From NCBI GenBank assembly GCA_021372475.1, contig JAJFUJ010000162.1, positions 15,173-79,172 on the forward strand: a stretch of 64,000 nt of DNA, read 5' to 3'. Numbering within the stretch: position 1 is the stretch's first letter; every line of letters starts with the position of its first letter. This document shows, piece after piece, positions 1 to 7,939 of this stretch. This DNA is from Chloroflexota bacterium. GTDB lineage: Bacteria; Chloroflexota; Anaerolineae; UBA1429. Below the pieces are notes generated by a model. That model did not search any database, was not told the origin of the DNA, and was given only the letters and a program-made list of their open reading frames with translations. The translations under genes and the position numbers were made by a program.

Positions 1-103
1 TTATCATAACAATTTTCTCAGTGCACATAGAGGGAGGAAGATTGTAATCCCCGGGCATGGATATGCGCCAGAGTGGCTCATCCCTTTGCTGTATGATATA
101 GTG

Positions 104-141
104 AAAGCGCCTGCTGCGGCAATAGCCGCAGCAGGCGCTTT
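104..141. terminator. Perfect 17-bp GC-rich inverted repeat (AAAGCGCCTGCTGCGGC-aata-GCCGCAGCAGGCGCTTT), likely a bidirectional intrinsic terminator downstream of htrA
   Basis: Read directly: perfect stem with a 4-nt loop and flanking A/T runs on both strands, about 60 nt past the htrA stop (minus strand). Confidence 0.5.
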
Positions 142-201
142 CTCGTTCTATCTTGATCTAGGGGGCCAATCTGCACATAGTTGCCCCTTTGTCTCGTTTA
201 C

Positions 202-1452
202 CTATGATGAACGCGCGTCCAAAGTGACGGATACCTGTAACGATTGCCCATTACGCAGAACTGTTAGTTCTACTGTCTGACCAACTTCAGTATAGCGCGC
301 CAGGTAGCTAATCAAATCATCGTACTTGTTTACTACAGTACCGTCTATCGCAGTAATGATATCGCCGTCTGTCGGCACCTGGCCGCCGAGGACCGTCTTG
401 GTTTGAGTGCTGGGATGCAGGCCAGCCTCATCCGCTGGGCTGCCGGGTGTAACTTCTACCACCATTACACCTCTTTGGGTAGATGGCAAACCGAGAGCTT
501 CGGCGATTGGCTGGCTGATAGTAAAGGTTGTGATTCCCAGCCTGGGATGTTGGTAAACGCCGTTTGTAATCAGTTGTGGGACTACCTTTTTTACAATGTT
601 GGATGGAATGGTAAAACCCACACCTGCTGAGCTCTGTGAAGAAGACTCGATAGCAGCGTTCACACCAATTACCTCACCGGACAAGTTCAACAAGGGTCCG
701 CCAGAGTTGCCTGGGTTAATCGCAGCATCGGTCTGGATAATATCGGGAATGGTATAGACGGATGCTGATGTTGAACTGCTGCTAGCAGGTATCGTCCTGC
801 CTAGTGCACTTACGATACCAGAGGTCATCGTTCCTTCCAAGCCAAATGGGTTGCCGATGGCGATAACCTGCTGCCCGACGCGCACCTGGTCGGAATCACC
901 AAGCGTCAGCGGAGCAGCGTTAACGCCGTCCCTCTCCACCTCTAGAACAGCCAGGTCGCTATCGGGATCTGCCCCTATCACCTTGGCAGGCAGAGTCGTA
1001 TCATCGGAAAAGGTCACATACACCAACTCTGCCCCGGCAATGACGTGGTTATTGGTAACAATGTGCCCCTGGTCATCATAGACAAACCCCGAGCCTTCCC
1101 CTACCTGGTAGGTAGGTGTATCCGATGAATTGACGGTAACGGCTTGAGATGCTACGCGGATATTCACGACCGATGGATTTATGCGCAGGTACAGCGCTTC
1201 CAAACCGGTAAGGTCTTCGGGTAACGGCGTCGGAGCTGCTGTCGCTACCGTAATGGCGGTATTTTGGGTTGTCCTTGTTGGCTGACTAGTGGAAGCAGAT
1301 TGAACCTGGGTTGTCTGTTGGCGCTCCGCCTGGTTCACTATGCGCGACAGCGTATTGACTCCTACGCAGCCGGATAGCATTAACGAGACAATCAAAATGA
1401 GCGTTAGCGTAACCGATGAGCTGATAATCGAACGACGCATATCAACCTCCAA
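202..1452 (-). CDS. htrA: Periplasmic trypsin-like serine protease with C-terminal PDZ domain (HtrA/DegP family)
   Basis: N-terminal TM/signal sequence. S1C catalytic region GSGFVYDDQGHIVTNNHVIAGA and GNSGGPLLN. C-terminal PDZ segment (GVMVVEVTPGSPADEAGL...GDIITAIDGTVV). Confidence 0.88.
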   Translation of the reverse strand: MEVDMRRSIISSSVTLTLILIVSLMLSGCVGVNTLSRIVNQAERQQTTQVQSASTSQPTRTTQNTAITVATAAPTPLPEDLTGLEALYLRINPSVVNIRVASQAVTVNSSDTPTYQVGEGSGFVYDDQGHIVTNNHVIAGAELVYVTFSDDTTLPAKVIGADPDSDLAVLEVERDGVNAAPLTLGDSDQVRVGQQVIAIGNPFGLEGTMTSGIVSALGRTIPASSSSTSASVYTIPDIIQTDAAINPGNSGGPLLNLSGEVIGVNAAIESSSQSSAGVGFTIPSNIVKKVVPQLITNGVYQHPRLGITTFTISQPIAEALGLPSTQRGVMVVEVTPGSPADEAGLHPSTQTKTVLGGQVPTDGDIITAIDGTVVNKYDDLISYLARYTEVGQTVELTVLRNGQSLQVSVTLDARSS

Positions 1453-1712
1453 ACTGACTATGAGTACTTCTGTATAAAAAACGTTACCTTATCGATGATT
1501 ATTCGAAGTAAACTCGTTTTCTTCTCGCAATCAGCGGGGGACAGTTGACCAGCAAGTTATAGCAGGCCACTGCAAGGAGCTTTTTTATAGTTGCCCGAGG
1601 GTCAGAACCATGAAAGGTATAACTCAAGCAAGGTATGGCAAGCAAGGTTTCCCCAGATAGCTGGCTACTTAAAGTCATTTATAAACAGCCTCTTCTCAAA
1701 ACGAGCACTCTA

Positions 1713-1721
1713 TGTTATAAT
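1713..1721 (+). promoter_or_regulatory. Extended -10 element TGtTATAAT with a weak -35 (TTCTCA, 1693-1698) upstream of the small zinc-ribbon gene
   Basis: TATAAT at 1716-1721 preceded by TG at 1713-1714, in an AT-rich intergenic region. Confidence 0.35.
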
Positions 1722-1832
1722 AAGAGTGAGCTCGTAGTATTTGCATATTTATAATACCATTCAAGTAACGGATACTCTCAGGTTAGGTTGGTCGGTGTCT
1801 ATTTATCTCTCATGACGTCGAGGAGGATGAAC

Positions 1833-2021
1833 ATGGACGGGCAAACTACAACACCTCAGATGGTCCACCTCAAGGAATGCCCCAAATGCGGCCGCAGCAA
1901 CCTAGCAGATGCCCGCTATTGTGAAGGATGCGGCGCCAATATCAAAGATGTTGAAGCCAAGATTGCCGCACCCGAAAAGAAAAAGGGGCTATTAGCCAAG
2001 TTATTTGGTCGCGAGTCCTAG
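1833..2021 (+). CDS. Small zinc-ribbon protein (about 62 aa)
   Basis: CPKCG...x11...CEGCG zinc-ribbon motif. GGAGG RBS at 1822-1826 lies 6 nt upstream of ATG 1833, so the ORF-track start at 1788 is likely over-extended. A terminator hairpin follows. Confidence 0.55.
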   Translation: MDGQTTTPQMVHLKECPKCGRSNLADARYCEGCGANIKDVEAKIAAPEKKKGLLAKLFGRES

Positions 2022-2040
2022 CATTCGGCTCCTGATAGGT

Positions 2041-2086
2041 AGGATGCACGCTTAAGCCGTCATCTTCAAGTGTGCATCCTTTTTGT
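2041..2086 (+). terminator. Rho-independent terminator (AGGATGCAC ... GTGCATCCT + TTTTTG)
   Basis: 9-bp inverted repeat followed by a T-run, immediately after the zinc-ribbon ORF stop. Confidence 0.5.
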
Positions 2087-2200
2087 CTTGTAATGGTATA
2101 TTCCACACGTCCGCAATTTTCCCCGTTTAGCAGTTCTCCTGCCCCTTGACCGTTTGGTTTTTTAGCGTTAGCCTAATGCTATTCAACCTGGAGGTTAGCG

Positions 2201-3358
2201 ATGAAAATCAAGTCGATCGAGTGTTTTACCCATCAGCAGGCACCTCGCCAGTTATCAGGAGCCAGACGCCCGGCCTGGGTGGCTGACGCCGAAGTGGCCA
2301 ATCCAATGAGCAAATTCGCTGAATACAAACGTTACCGCTCTTCATGGCTGCCCACATGGCCCGGTTTTTGGGTCAAGGTGACTGCCGAGGATGGCACATA
2401 TGGGCTGGGACCATGTTCCTTTGGCCGCGCAACCGCAGCCATCATCCAGGATCATTTTGCCAAGTTGTTGGTCGGGCAGGAAGCCCTGGCTATCGAGCGC
2501 CTATGGGATATGATGTTCCGCATGTCCAAACCGTATGGCACTGTCGGCCTGGCTTCATCAGCTATCAGCGGCGTTGATCTGGCATTGTGGGACCTGGCAG
2601 GGAAAATCCAGAGCAAACCCGTTTATGAGCTGCTGGGCGGTAAAATGCGCGATAAGATCTTCACCTACGCCACCGGCAATGATGTTGACTGGTATATGGA
2701 GTGTGGATTCAAGGCCGTCAAGCTGGCTTGCCCATACGGGCCAAGCGATGGAGTTTGGGGCATCGACCAAAACGAAAAACTGGTCGCGGAAACACGTTCA
2801 CTCGTCGGCAATGACGTGGAGATAATGCTCGATTGCTATATGGCTTTCGATGTCGAATATACGGTGCGGCTCGCCGAGCGCCTGCGCCCGTACCGGTTAA
2901 AATGGATTGAGGAATTCTTGATTCCGGAGGACCTTGATGGACATGTCGCTGTACGCGAGCGTATCCCGTGGCAGACGCTGGCAACCGGCGAGCACATGTA
3001 CACTCCATGGCCGTTCCAATGGCTGATCAAGCATCGCGCGCTGGACATCCTGCAGCCAGATATGAATTGGGTGGGGGGCATCACAGCATGCCGGCGCATA
3101 GCCGAGATGGCCGATGTAGCCGGCCTGACGGTAATCCTGCACGGCGGCGCGATGTCACCCTATGGCACTCATTTGACCATCGCAATGCCCAATATGCCGT
3201 GGGGTGAGTATTTTGTCGGCACAGCTCCCGGCATTCCGCTGGCCGAGGGGCATAGTTACGACGGCTCACTGGCCCCGATAGATAGCTACGTCACCGTCAG
3301 CGATACCCCTGGCTTTGGCGTGGATATACCGAGCGAACAGCTCATTCCATTCAACTGA
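2201..3358 (+). CDS. rhmD: Enolase-superfamily sugar-acid dehydratase, L-rhamnonate dehydratase (RhamD/YfaW)-like
   Basis: Blocks matching E. coli YfaW: ANPMSKF, ISGVDLALWDLAGK, LKWIEE, DILQPDMNWVGG. GGAGG RBS at 2189-2193. Confidence 0.75.
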   Translation: MKIKSIECFTHQQAPRQLSGARRPAWVADAEVANPMSKFAEYKRYRSSWLPTWPGFWVKVTAEDGTYGLGPCSFGRATAAIIQDHFAKLLVGQEALAIERLWDMMFRMSKPYGTVGLASSAISGVDLALWDLAGKIQSKPVYELLGGKMRDKIFTYATGNDVDWYMECGFKAVKLACPYGPSDGVWGIDQNEKLVAETRSLVGNDVEIMLDCYMAFDVEYTVRLAERLRPYRLKWIEEFLIPEDLDGHVAVRERIPWQTLATGEHMYTPWPFQWLIKHRALDILQPDMNWVGGITACRRIAEMADVAGLTVILHGGAMSPYGTHLTIAMPNMPWGEYFVGTAPGIPLAEGHSYDGSLAPIDSYVTVSDTPGFGVDIPSEQLIPFN

Positions 3359-3384
3359 GCGGCTTAGACAGGGCAGCGCACAAG

Positions 3385-6093
3385 CTAGTGCGCTGCCCTG
3401 TCTATCAACGCCAAGATGCTGCTGCCGGCAATCGGCACGCAAACAGAAATGCCTGGTTCGATTGTATGCGGCGCATAATAGCGCCGAGTCAATTCATCGA
3501 CCAGCGCGTTTATCGCGCTTGCATGCGCTAATACCATCATACAGCCGCCTAATCCGGCGCCGGCCAACTGAGCGCCGGCAACCTGAGGGATGTTTCTGGC
3601 GATATCGACCATCCAATCTATCTCGCGCGTGCTGCAGCGGTAGGAGCCGGGTTGAAGCTCCAACCGGGCTCGCTCGCTGCGGAGCAGGTCACCCGACGCG
3701 CTATCATCAATGAGAGCCTGCAAATACGCATCGCTAATCGGCGCTTGATAGGGCGCCTCGGCGCCATCCTGCGTATGCGCGACCACCCGATCACCGTTAT
3801 GGGAGATCTTCATCAGTTCGCCAAATGACTGCACCTGCCCTGAGGCTAGCAGCTCAACCCCGTAGCGGCTGCGCTCACATTCTGCCAGGCCGAACAGTAC
3901 CACCCCGCGAACAGGCAGCGGATACGTTGAAGTGCCCAAGGCTGCCAAAACTGAAGCTAATTCAGAGGCAGGCAAAGAGTCGGCGAGTTCCTCCCGTGAG
4001 ATACTTATCGGCAGGGACAACAATATCTGGTACAGCGAGCTCAAGGGGATGCGCAGATTGCGGACATTGACATCGCGCAGGTGCTCTAATAACGGCGCAT
4101 ACTGTGGATAGTTATGCTTGATAAGCAGCAGGCCAGCTCGGTAACAAGCGATACGCTGGTTGAATATCTCGCGCGCTTCCTGCGATTTACGCGCCTGAAT
4201 CCGCGAATCGCACACTACTAGGTGATAGCCAGGCGGAAAGTCGACCAGCCGCTTGACGCCGAACGGAAAGAACGTGACCTGGGCTACTTTGCCGCGCTGA
4301 CCGTACTTGATTGCCGCATGGTCGGCGCTGCCGCCGCGCGTGCCAACGAACCATTCCCCTTCTCCGGCTAAATCAATAAATTGTTCGGGCTGGATATCAA
4401 GCCTATTGACTGCGCTCATCGCCTCAAGGGTTGCGACGACAAGCGCTGAAGAAGAAGAGAGCCCGGCAGCAATCGGGATATTCCCATGAACATACAAGTC
4501 CATTCCATTAAGGGCTCGGTCGCGATAGTGTTTCTGCAGCCGCAGCACTGCCGCTTTGACGTACTGGCTCCAGTCTCCGTGCGCCGACCGTGACATCTCG
4601 AGAACCGCTGGGCTGTTGACTAATGACATCCAGTCATCCCAAGGTAACAGACTGACAAGCTCAGCAATCGAAAACTGAGTTTCCTTAAACTCCCCGCCAT
4701 TTACATTATGTAGTGTTATGATGTCATCCCGGCGCGGATGCACCACCGCAAGTATTTCGCGGTCGATAGCCAGCAGATTGCAGATGCCGCCCTGATGGTC
4801 GATATGGCGTCCCAGGATGTTCGCACGACCGGGTGAACGTACAACAGCTACTTGCGGGTCGCCCGTTGAATGCCTCCAGCAAAAGTGCAGCAATTCGGTC
4901 AGAGCACGTCGGCGTTCGTTCAACAATAGCTGGTCGCTGCCGTAGGCATGCGTGAACTCATTGGCGAGGCTAGTTGACAACGAGCTATTAACTCCGGAGC
5001 GGCCAACAGGTGTGAGTGCATCCAACCAACGGGATACCGGCCAGAAGTGCTCAGTAGGTCGAGTGATGACCAGAGCAGCCTGCTTTTTTGCACGGTAATA
5101 TGCTTCGACGGCCAGTAATTCCGCGGGATTATTGTAGCCCAACACCCGGCGTGAGTCCTGCACATAAAGTGTCCGCACGCTCCGGCCAGCCTGGACTAGG
5201 ATGTTGACGACATCGGACAAGTATTCCTCATGCTGTGCGTTATCGGTACTCAGATGATCCAATGCATATTGTAAAGCAGAGGCTCTGAGCAGATATACTG
5301 AAACGTTAACCTGGGTAATTTGTGCTACCTGCTGCGGCGACATGCTCACATTGCCGGCATTAGCCGTTTTGAACATAAATGAATCAGGTTTGCCATCCAG
5401 CAGTTCGTTCCACTCCTGTCGGGATAATTCCTCCGCCGTTTGCAGCCTTGTCCACAGGTCATTGAAGGTAACTTGCACTTTATCGGCGGGGGTGTGTTCC
5501 TGCAGGAGAGCCGTGGCTTCAGCGCGGGTCGGCGGCTGCCCGGCGGCTAATTTTTGCCTCAGTGCTAAGTAAGCCTCACGCTGCCACACATCCCGCATCT
5601 CGACGACACCGAGTGTCTGTCCGGCGCCATTTACAACAACCCGCCCTTGTTCGGATTCCAGAGAGCGGGAGGTTGAGACAAATGCCAAATCGCAGGCACT
5701 CGCATAATACAGCTCGTAGAGCTGCTCCAATACCTGCTGCTCCACGATGCGATCGCCTGCTACTAGCAGCAGGTCGGCATCCCCATCCAGCAACACGCTA
5801 TCGAGCGCCCGCAGGCCGATGCGTGCAGCATCGCCAGTGCCGCGTTGTTCAGCCTGATAAGCATAGATGATGCCGGAATGTTCCTGAGCTATCGTTTGCA
5901 TAACCTGGCTGGCTAGTGCGCCAACAACGACAATCGGATAAGCGATGCCGGAAGCTCGATAGATTTCAATGACGCGGTTAATGACCGGCCGACCGTCAAC
6001 CAGGAAGCAGACTTTATGCTGGGTAGCTGAGCCCATACGCGTACCTTTGCCTGCGGCCAAGATCAGGACGTATCGAGGTTTTGTACAAGGCAT
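3385..6093 (-). CDS. Bifunctional sugar-1-phosphate nucleotidyltransferase / GHMP sugar kinase (Fkp-like L-fucokinase / NDP-sugar pyrophosphorylase architecture)
   Basis: N-terminal YVLILAAGKGTRMG nucleotidyltransferase motif. GHMP-kinase motifs PGRANILGRHIDHQGG, HGNIPIAAGLSSSSALVVA and GAGLGGCMMVLA. About 900 aa. Start placed at the internal ATG (MPCTK...), which has an AAGGGG RBS and avoids overlap with the upstream gene; the ORF-track start at 6186 is rejected. Confidence 0.7.
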   Translation of the reverse strand: MPCTKPRYVLILAAGKGTRMGSATQHKVCFLVDGRPVINRVIEIYRASGIAYPIVVVGALASQVMQTIAQEHSGIIYAYQAEQRGTGDAARIGLRALDSVLLDGDADLLLVAGDRIVEQQVLEQLYELYYASACDLAFVSTSRSLESEQGRVVVNGAGQTLGVVEMRDVWQREAYLALRQKLAAGQPPTRAEATALLQEHTPADKVQVTFNDLWTRLQTAEELSRQEWNELLDGKPDSFMFKTANAGNVSMSPQQVAQITQVNVSVYLLRASALQYALDHLSTDNAQHEEYLSDVVNILVQAGRSVRTLYVQDSRRVLGYNNPAELLAVEAYYRAKKQAALVITRPTEHFWPVSRWLDALTPVGRSGVNSSLSTSLANEFTHAYGSDQLLLNERRRALTELLHFCWRHSTGDPQVAVVRSPGRANILGRHIDHQGGICNLLAIDREILAVVHPRRDDIITLHNVNGGEFKETQFSIAELVSLLPWDDWMSLVNSPAVLEMSRSAHGDWSQYVKAAVLRLQKHYRDRALNGMDLYVHGNIPIAAGLSSSSALVVATLEAMSAVNRLDIQPEQFIDLAGEGEWFVGTRGGSADHAAIKYGQRGKVAQVTFFPFGVKRLVDFPPGYHLVVCDSRIQARKSQEAREIFNQRIACYRAGLLLIKHNYPQYAPLLEHLRDVNVRNLRIPLSSLYQILLSLPISISREELADSLPASELASVLAALGTSTYPLPVRGVVLFGLAECERSRYGVELLASGQVQSFGELMKISHNGDRVVAHTQDGAEAPYQAPISDAYLQALIDDSASGDLLRSERARLELQPGSYRCSTREIDWMVDIARNIPQVAGAQLAGAGLGGCMMVLAHASAINALVDELTRRYYAPHTIEPGISVCVPIAGSSILALIDRAAH

Positions 6094-6103
6094 AGGCGCC
6101 CCT

Positions 6104-7939
6104 TTATACTTCGAAGCGAATTTTGACGCCTTCCAACCGCAGGCGCTGCACCAGCTCAGCCGAAGTGCTGCACAGGAGCGCTTCATCGATCATGCGTCTG
6201 GATTTCTCGATCGACCAATCCTGGAGCAGCCTGGCGATGGGCTGAAGGCGATCTACTGCCACGCTGAGCTTGATGCCTAAACCGCTCAACAGCAGCGCCT
6301 CTGGCCATTGCCCTGCCAAGACCCCGCAGACAGTCACCGGTTTCCCGCCTGCCTGGGCCATGCTGGCTATCCTGGACATGCAACGCCAAAAGGCAGGCTG
6401 CAGCCCGATACGCCCATCGAGTGTTGAAGCGCTCTCGCGGCTTTGGGCGAACATGAGCGCACCCAGGTCATTGCTACCGATACTGATAAAATCAGCTTCA
6501 GCCACCATTTCATCCAGGCACCAGACCATCGCAGGCACTTCGAGCGAAATCCCGAGTGGGAGATTCACCCGCGTACTGAGATAGCTTTCCACTGCGCGCT
6601 GCTCTTCCCTCAGGTAACTGCGCGCTGCCCGCCATTCCTGGGTGGTTCGCACCAGAGGAAGTAATGCCTGCAAATCATGGCCGATGCTGGCCCGCAGTAA
6701 TGCTCTGAACTGCACCTGCAGCATCGCCGGATTCTTGAGGATGAACGCCAAACCTCGTTTGCTGACCTCATCGCTATATGGCATGCCGGGGGTCAGGTCC
6801 GCGAGCCGAATAGTTACCGGCCTTTTGCCGCTAGCCGCCAGCAGCCCGTCTAGCTGGCGCGTCTGTTCCCCTTCATCCAACGAACTCGAACCAATATAGA
6901 ACACCTCGCTGCGCACCAGGCCGATGCCCGCAGCGCCGGCTGCTATTGCTGCCTTGACCAGCTCGCTGCTGTCAGCATTCGCCAGCAATCCCAGATGTGT
7001 CGCCGAAGCTCCCAGCGTTGGGAGCGCCGAACTGCTCCTTGCCGAGATCGGTTCGATCACTGCCTCATCGCGGACAGTGCCTTCCTGGCCATCTACAACC
7101 AGGTTATCGCAGGCAGCCATCTCTTCGAGGTCCGCAGGCTTGAAGCCGCTAACCATCGGTATCCCGAGCCAGCGCGCAGCAATCGCGGTGTGAGATGACT
7201 CGCCGCCCTCACAAGTGATAACAGCACGAATCCAACGCGCCTGCGAACCGAGTAAATGGGCGAGCAGCACCCGGTATCCCATCAGCACAAGTCCCTTATG
7301 GGCGGCAGGTTCTGCTTGTACCTGGCGCATTGCCGCGAATAAGCGCTGGCTCAGGTCCGCCAGGATCTCAGCGCCGGGAGCATTCTCAGCCGCAGGGGAT
7401 AAGACTAGATCAGCGGTGAGTCGTTCATCTGCCAGGAGCTGCCGCTCTGCGCTGACCAGCTCGATCAGGTCACCCGCGCCAATCGCGTGTAGCATCTCTT
7501 CCTCTACGGCAAGCTCTTCATCAACCCTCGAGCGCGCCAAGCTCCAATCCGGGTTTGCCTCCGGCTCAGCAGCTCCAAGATTCGGCAGTTCTCCGCCGAT
7601 ATACTCACTCGGCCACCAGGGGGCTCCGCTACCTACGCCAGGCACCAAACCGTTCGCGTTCCAATGGCGCGCCTGCTGCTGTTCAGAGCCCAGGAGCAGG
7701 ACGATAGAATCCAGCACGGATTGCGGCGTGTCCTGCGCAGCGACCAATTCAACCGTATCGCCGCAAGCGAGCGCCAACTGCAGCAGCGCGAGGGGGCTGC
7801 TGGCATCGGCTGTGCCGCGCGAGCCCACTACCTGGAGCTGCGCCTGGGCTGCCCGGACGATACCCGCAAGGCGAACTGCGATACGCGCATGTACCCCCTG
7901 CGGCGCCCTAACCACCAATTTACGTCTGATTTCGCCCAT
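6104..7939 (-). CDS. ptsI: Multiphosphoryl transfer protein: HPr domain fused to PEP-protein phosphotransferase (Enzyme I)
   Basis: N-terminal HPr-like segment (KLVVRAPQGVHARIAVRLAGIV, with the active His in GVHAR). EI phospho-histidine region GGESSHTAIAARWLGIPMVSG. EI PEP-binding region SIGSNDLGALMF. Confidence 0.78.
   Translation of the reverse strand: MGEIRRKLVVRAPQGVHARIAVRLAGIVRAAQAQLQVVGSRGTADASSPLALLQLALACGDTVELVAAQDTPQSVLDSIVLLLGSEQQQARHWNANGLVPGVGSGAPWWPSEYIGGELPNLGAAEPEANPDWSLARSRVDEELAVEEEMLHAIGAGDLIELVSAERQLLADERLTADLVLSPAAENAPGAEILADLSQRLFAAMRQVQAEPAAHKGLVLMGYRVLLAHLLGSQARWIRAVITCEGGESSHTAIAARWLGIPMVSGFKPADLEEMAACDNLVVDGQEGTVRDEAVIEPISARSSSALPTLGASATHLGLLANADSSELVKAAIAAGAAGIGLVRSEVFYIGSSSLDEGEQTRQLDGLLAASGKRPVTIRLADLTPGMPYSDEVSKRGLAFILKNPAMLQVQFRALLRASIGHDLQALLPLVRTTQEWRAARSYLREEQRAVESYLSTRVNLPLGISLEVPAMVWCLDEMVAEADFISIGSNDLGALMFAQSRESASTLDGRIGLQPAFWRCMSRIASMAQAGGKPVTVCGVLAGQWPEALLLSGLGIKLSVAVDRLQPIARLLQDWSIEKSRRMIDEALLCSTSAELVQRLRLEGVKIRFEV

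Noticed and set aside
86-280. 64-aa ORF on the plus strand at the window start
   Set aside because: It spans the palindromic terminator and the 3' end of htrA on the opposite strand. It has no RBS or motifs and is likely spurious.
1788-2021. Longer 77-aa version of the zinc-ribbon ORF
   Set aside because: The upstream codons run through the RBS and promoter elements. The ATG at 1833 is correctly spaced from the GGAGG.
3385-6186. Longer 933-aa version of the Fkp-like ORF
   Set aside because: The first 31 codons overlap the upstream HPr-EI gene by 83 nt and lack an RBS. The internal ATG at 6093 has an AAGGGG RBS and starts at the conserved nucleotidyltransferase N-terminus.
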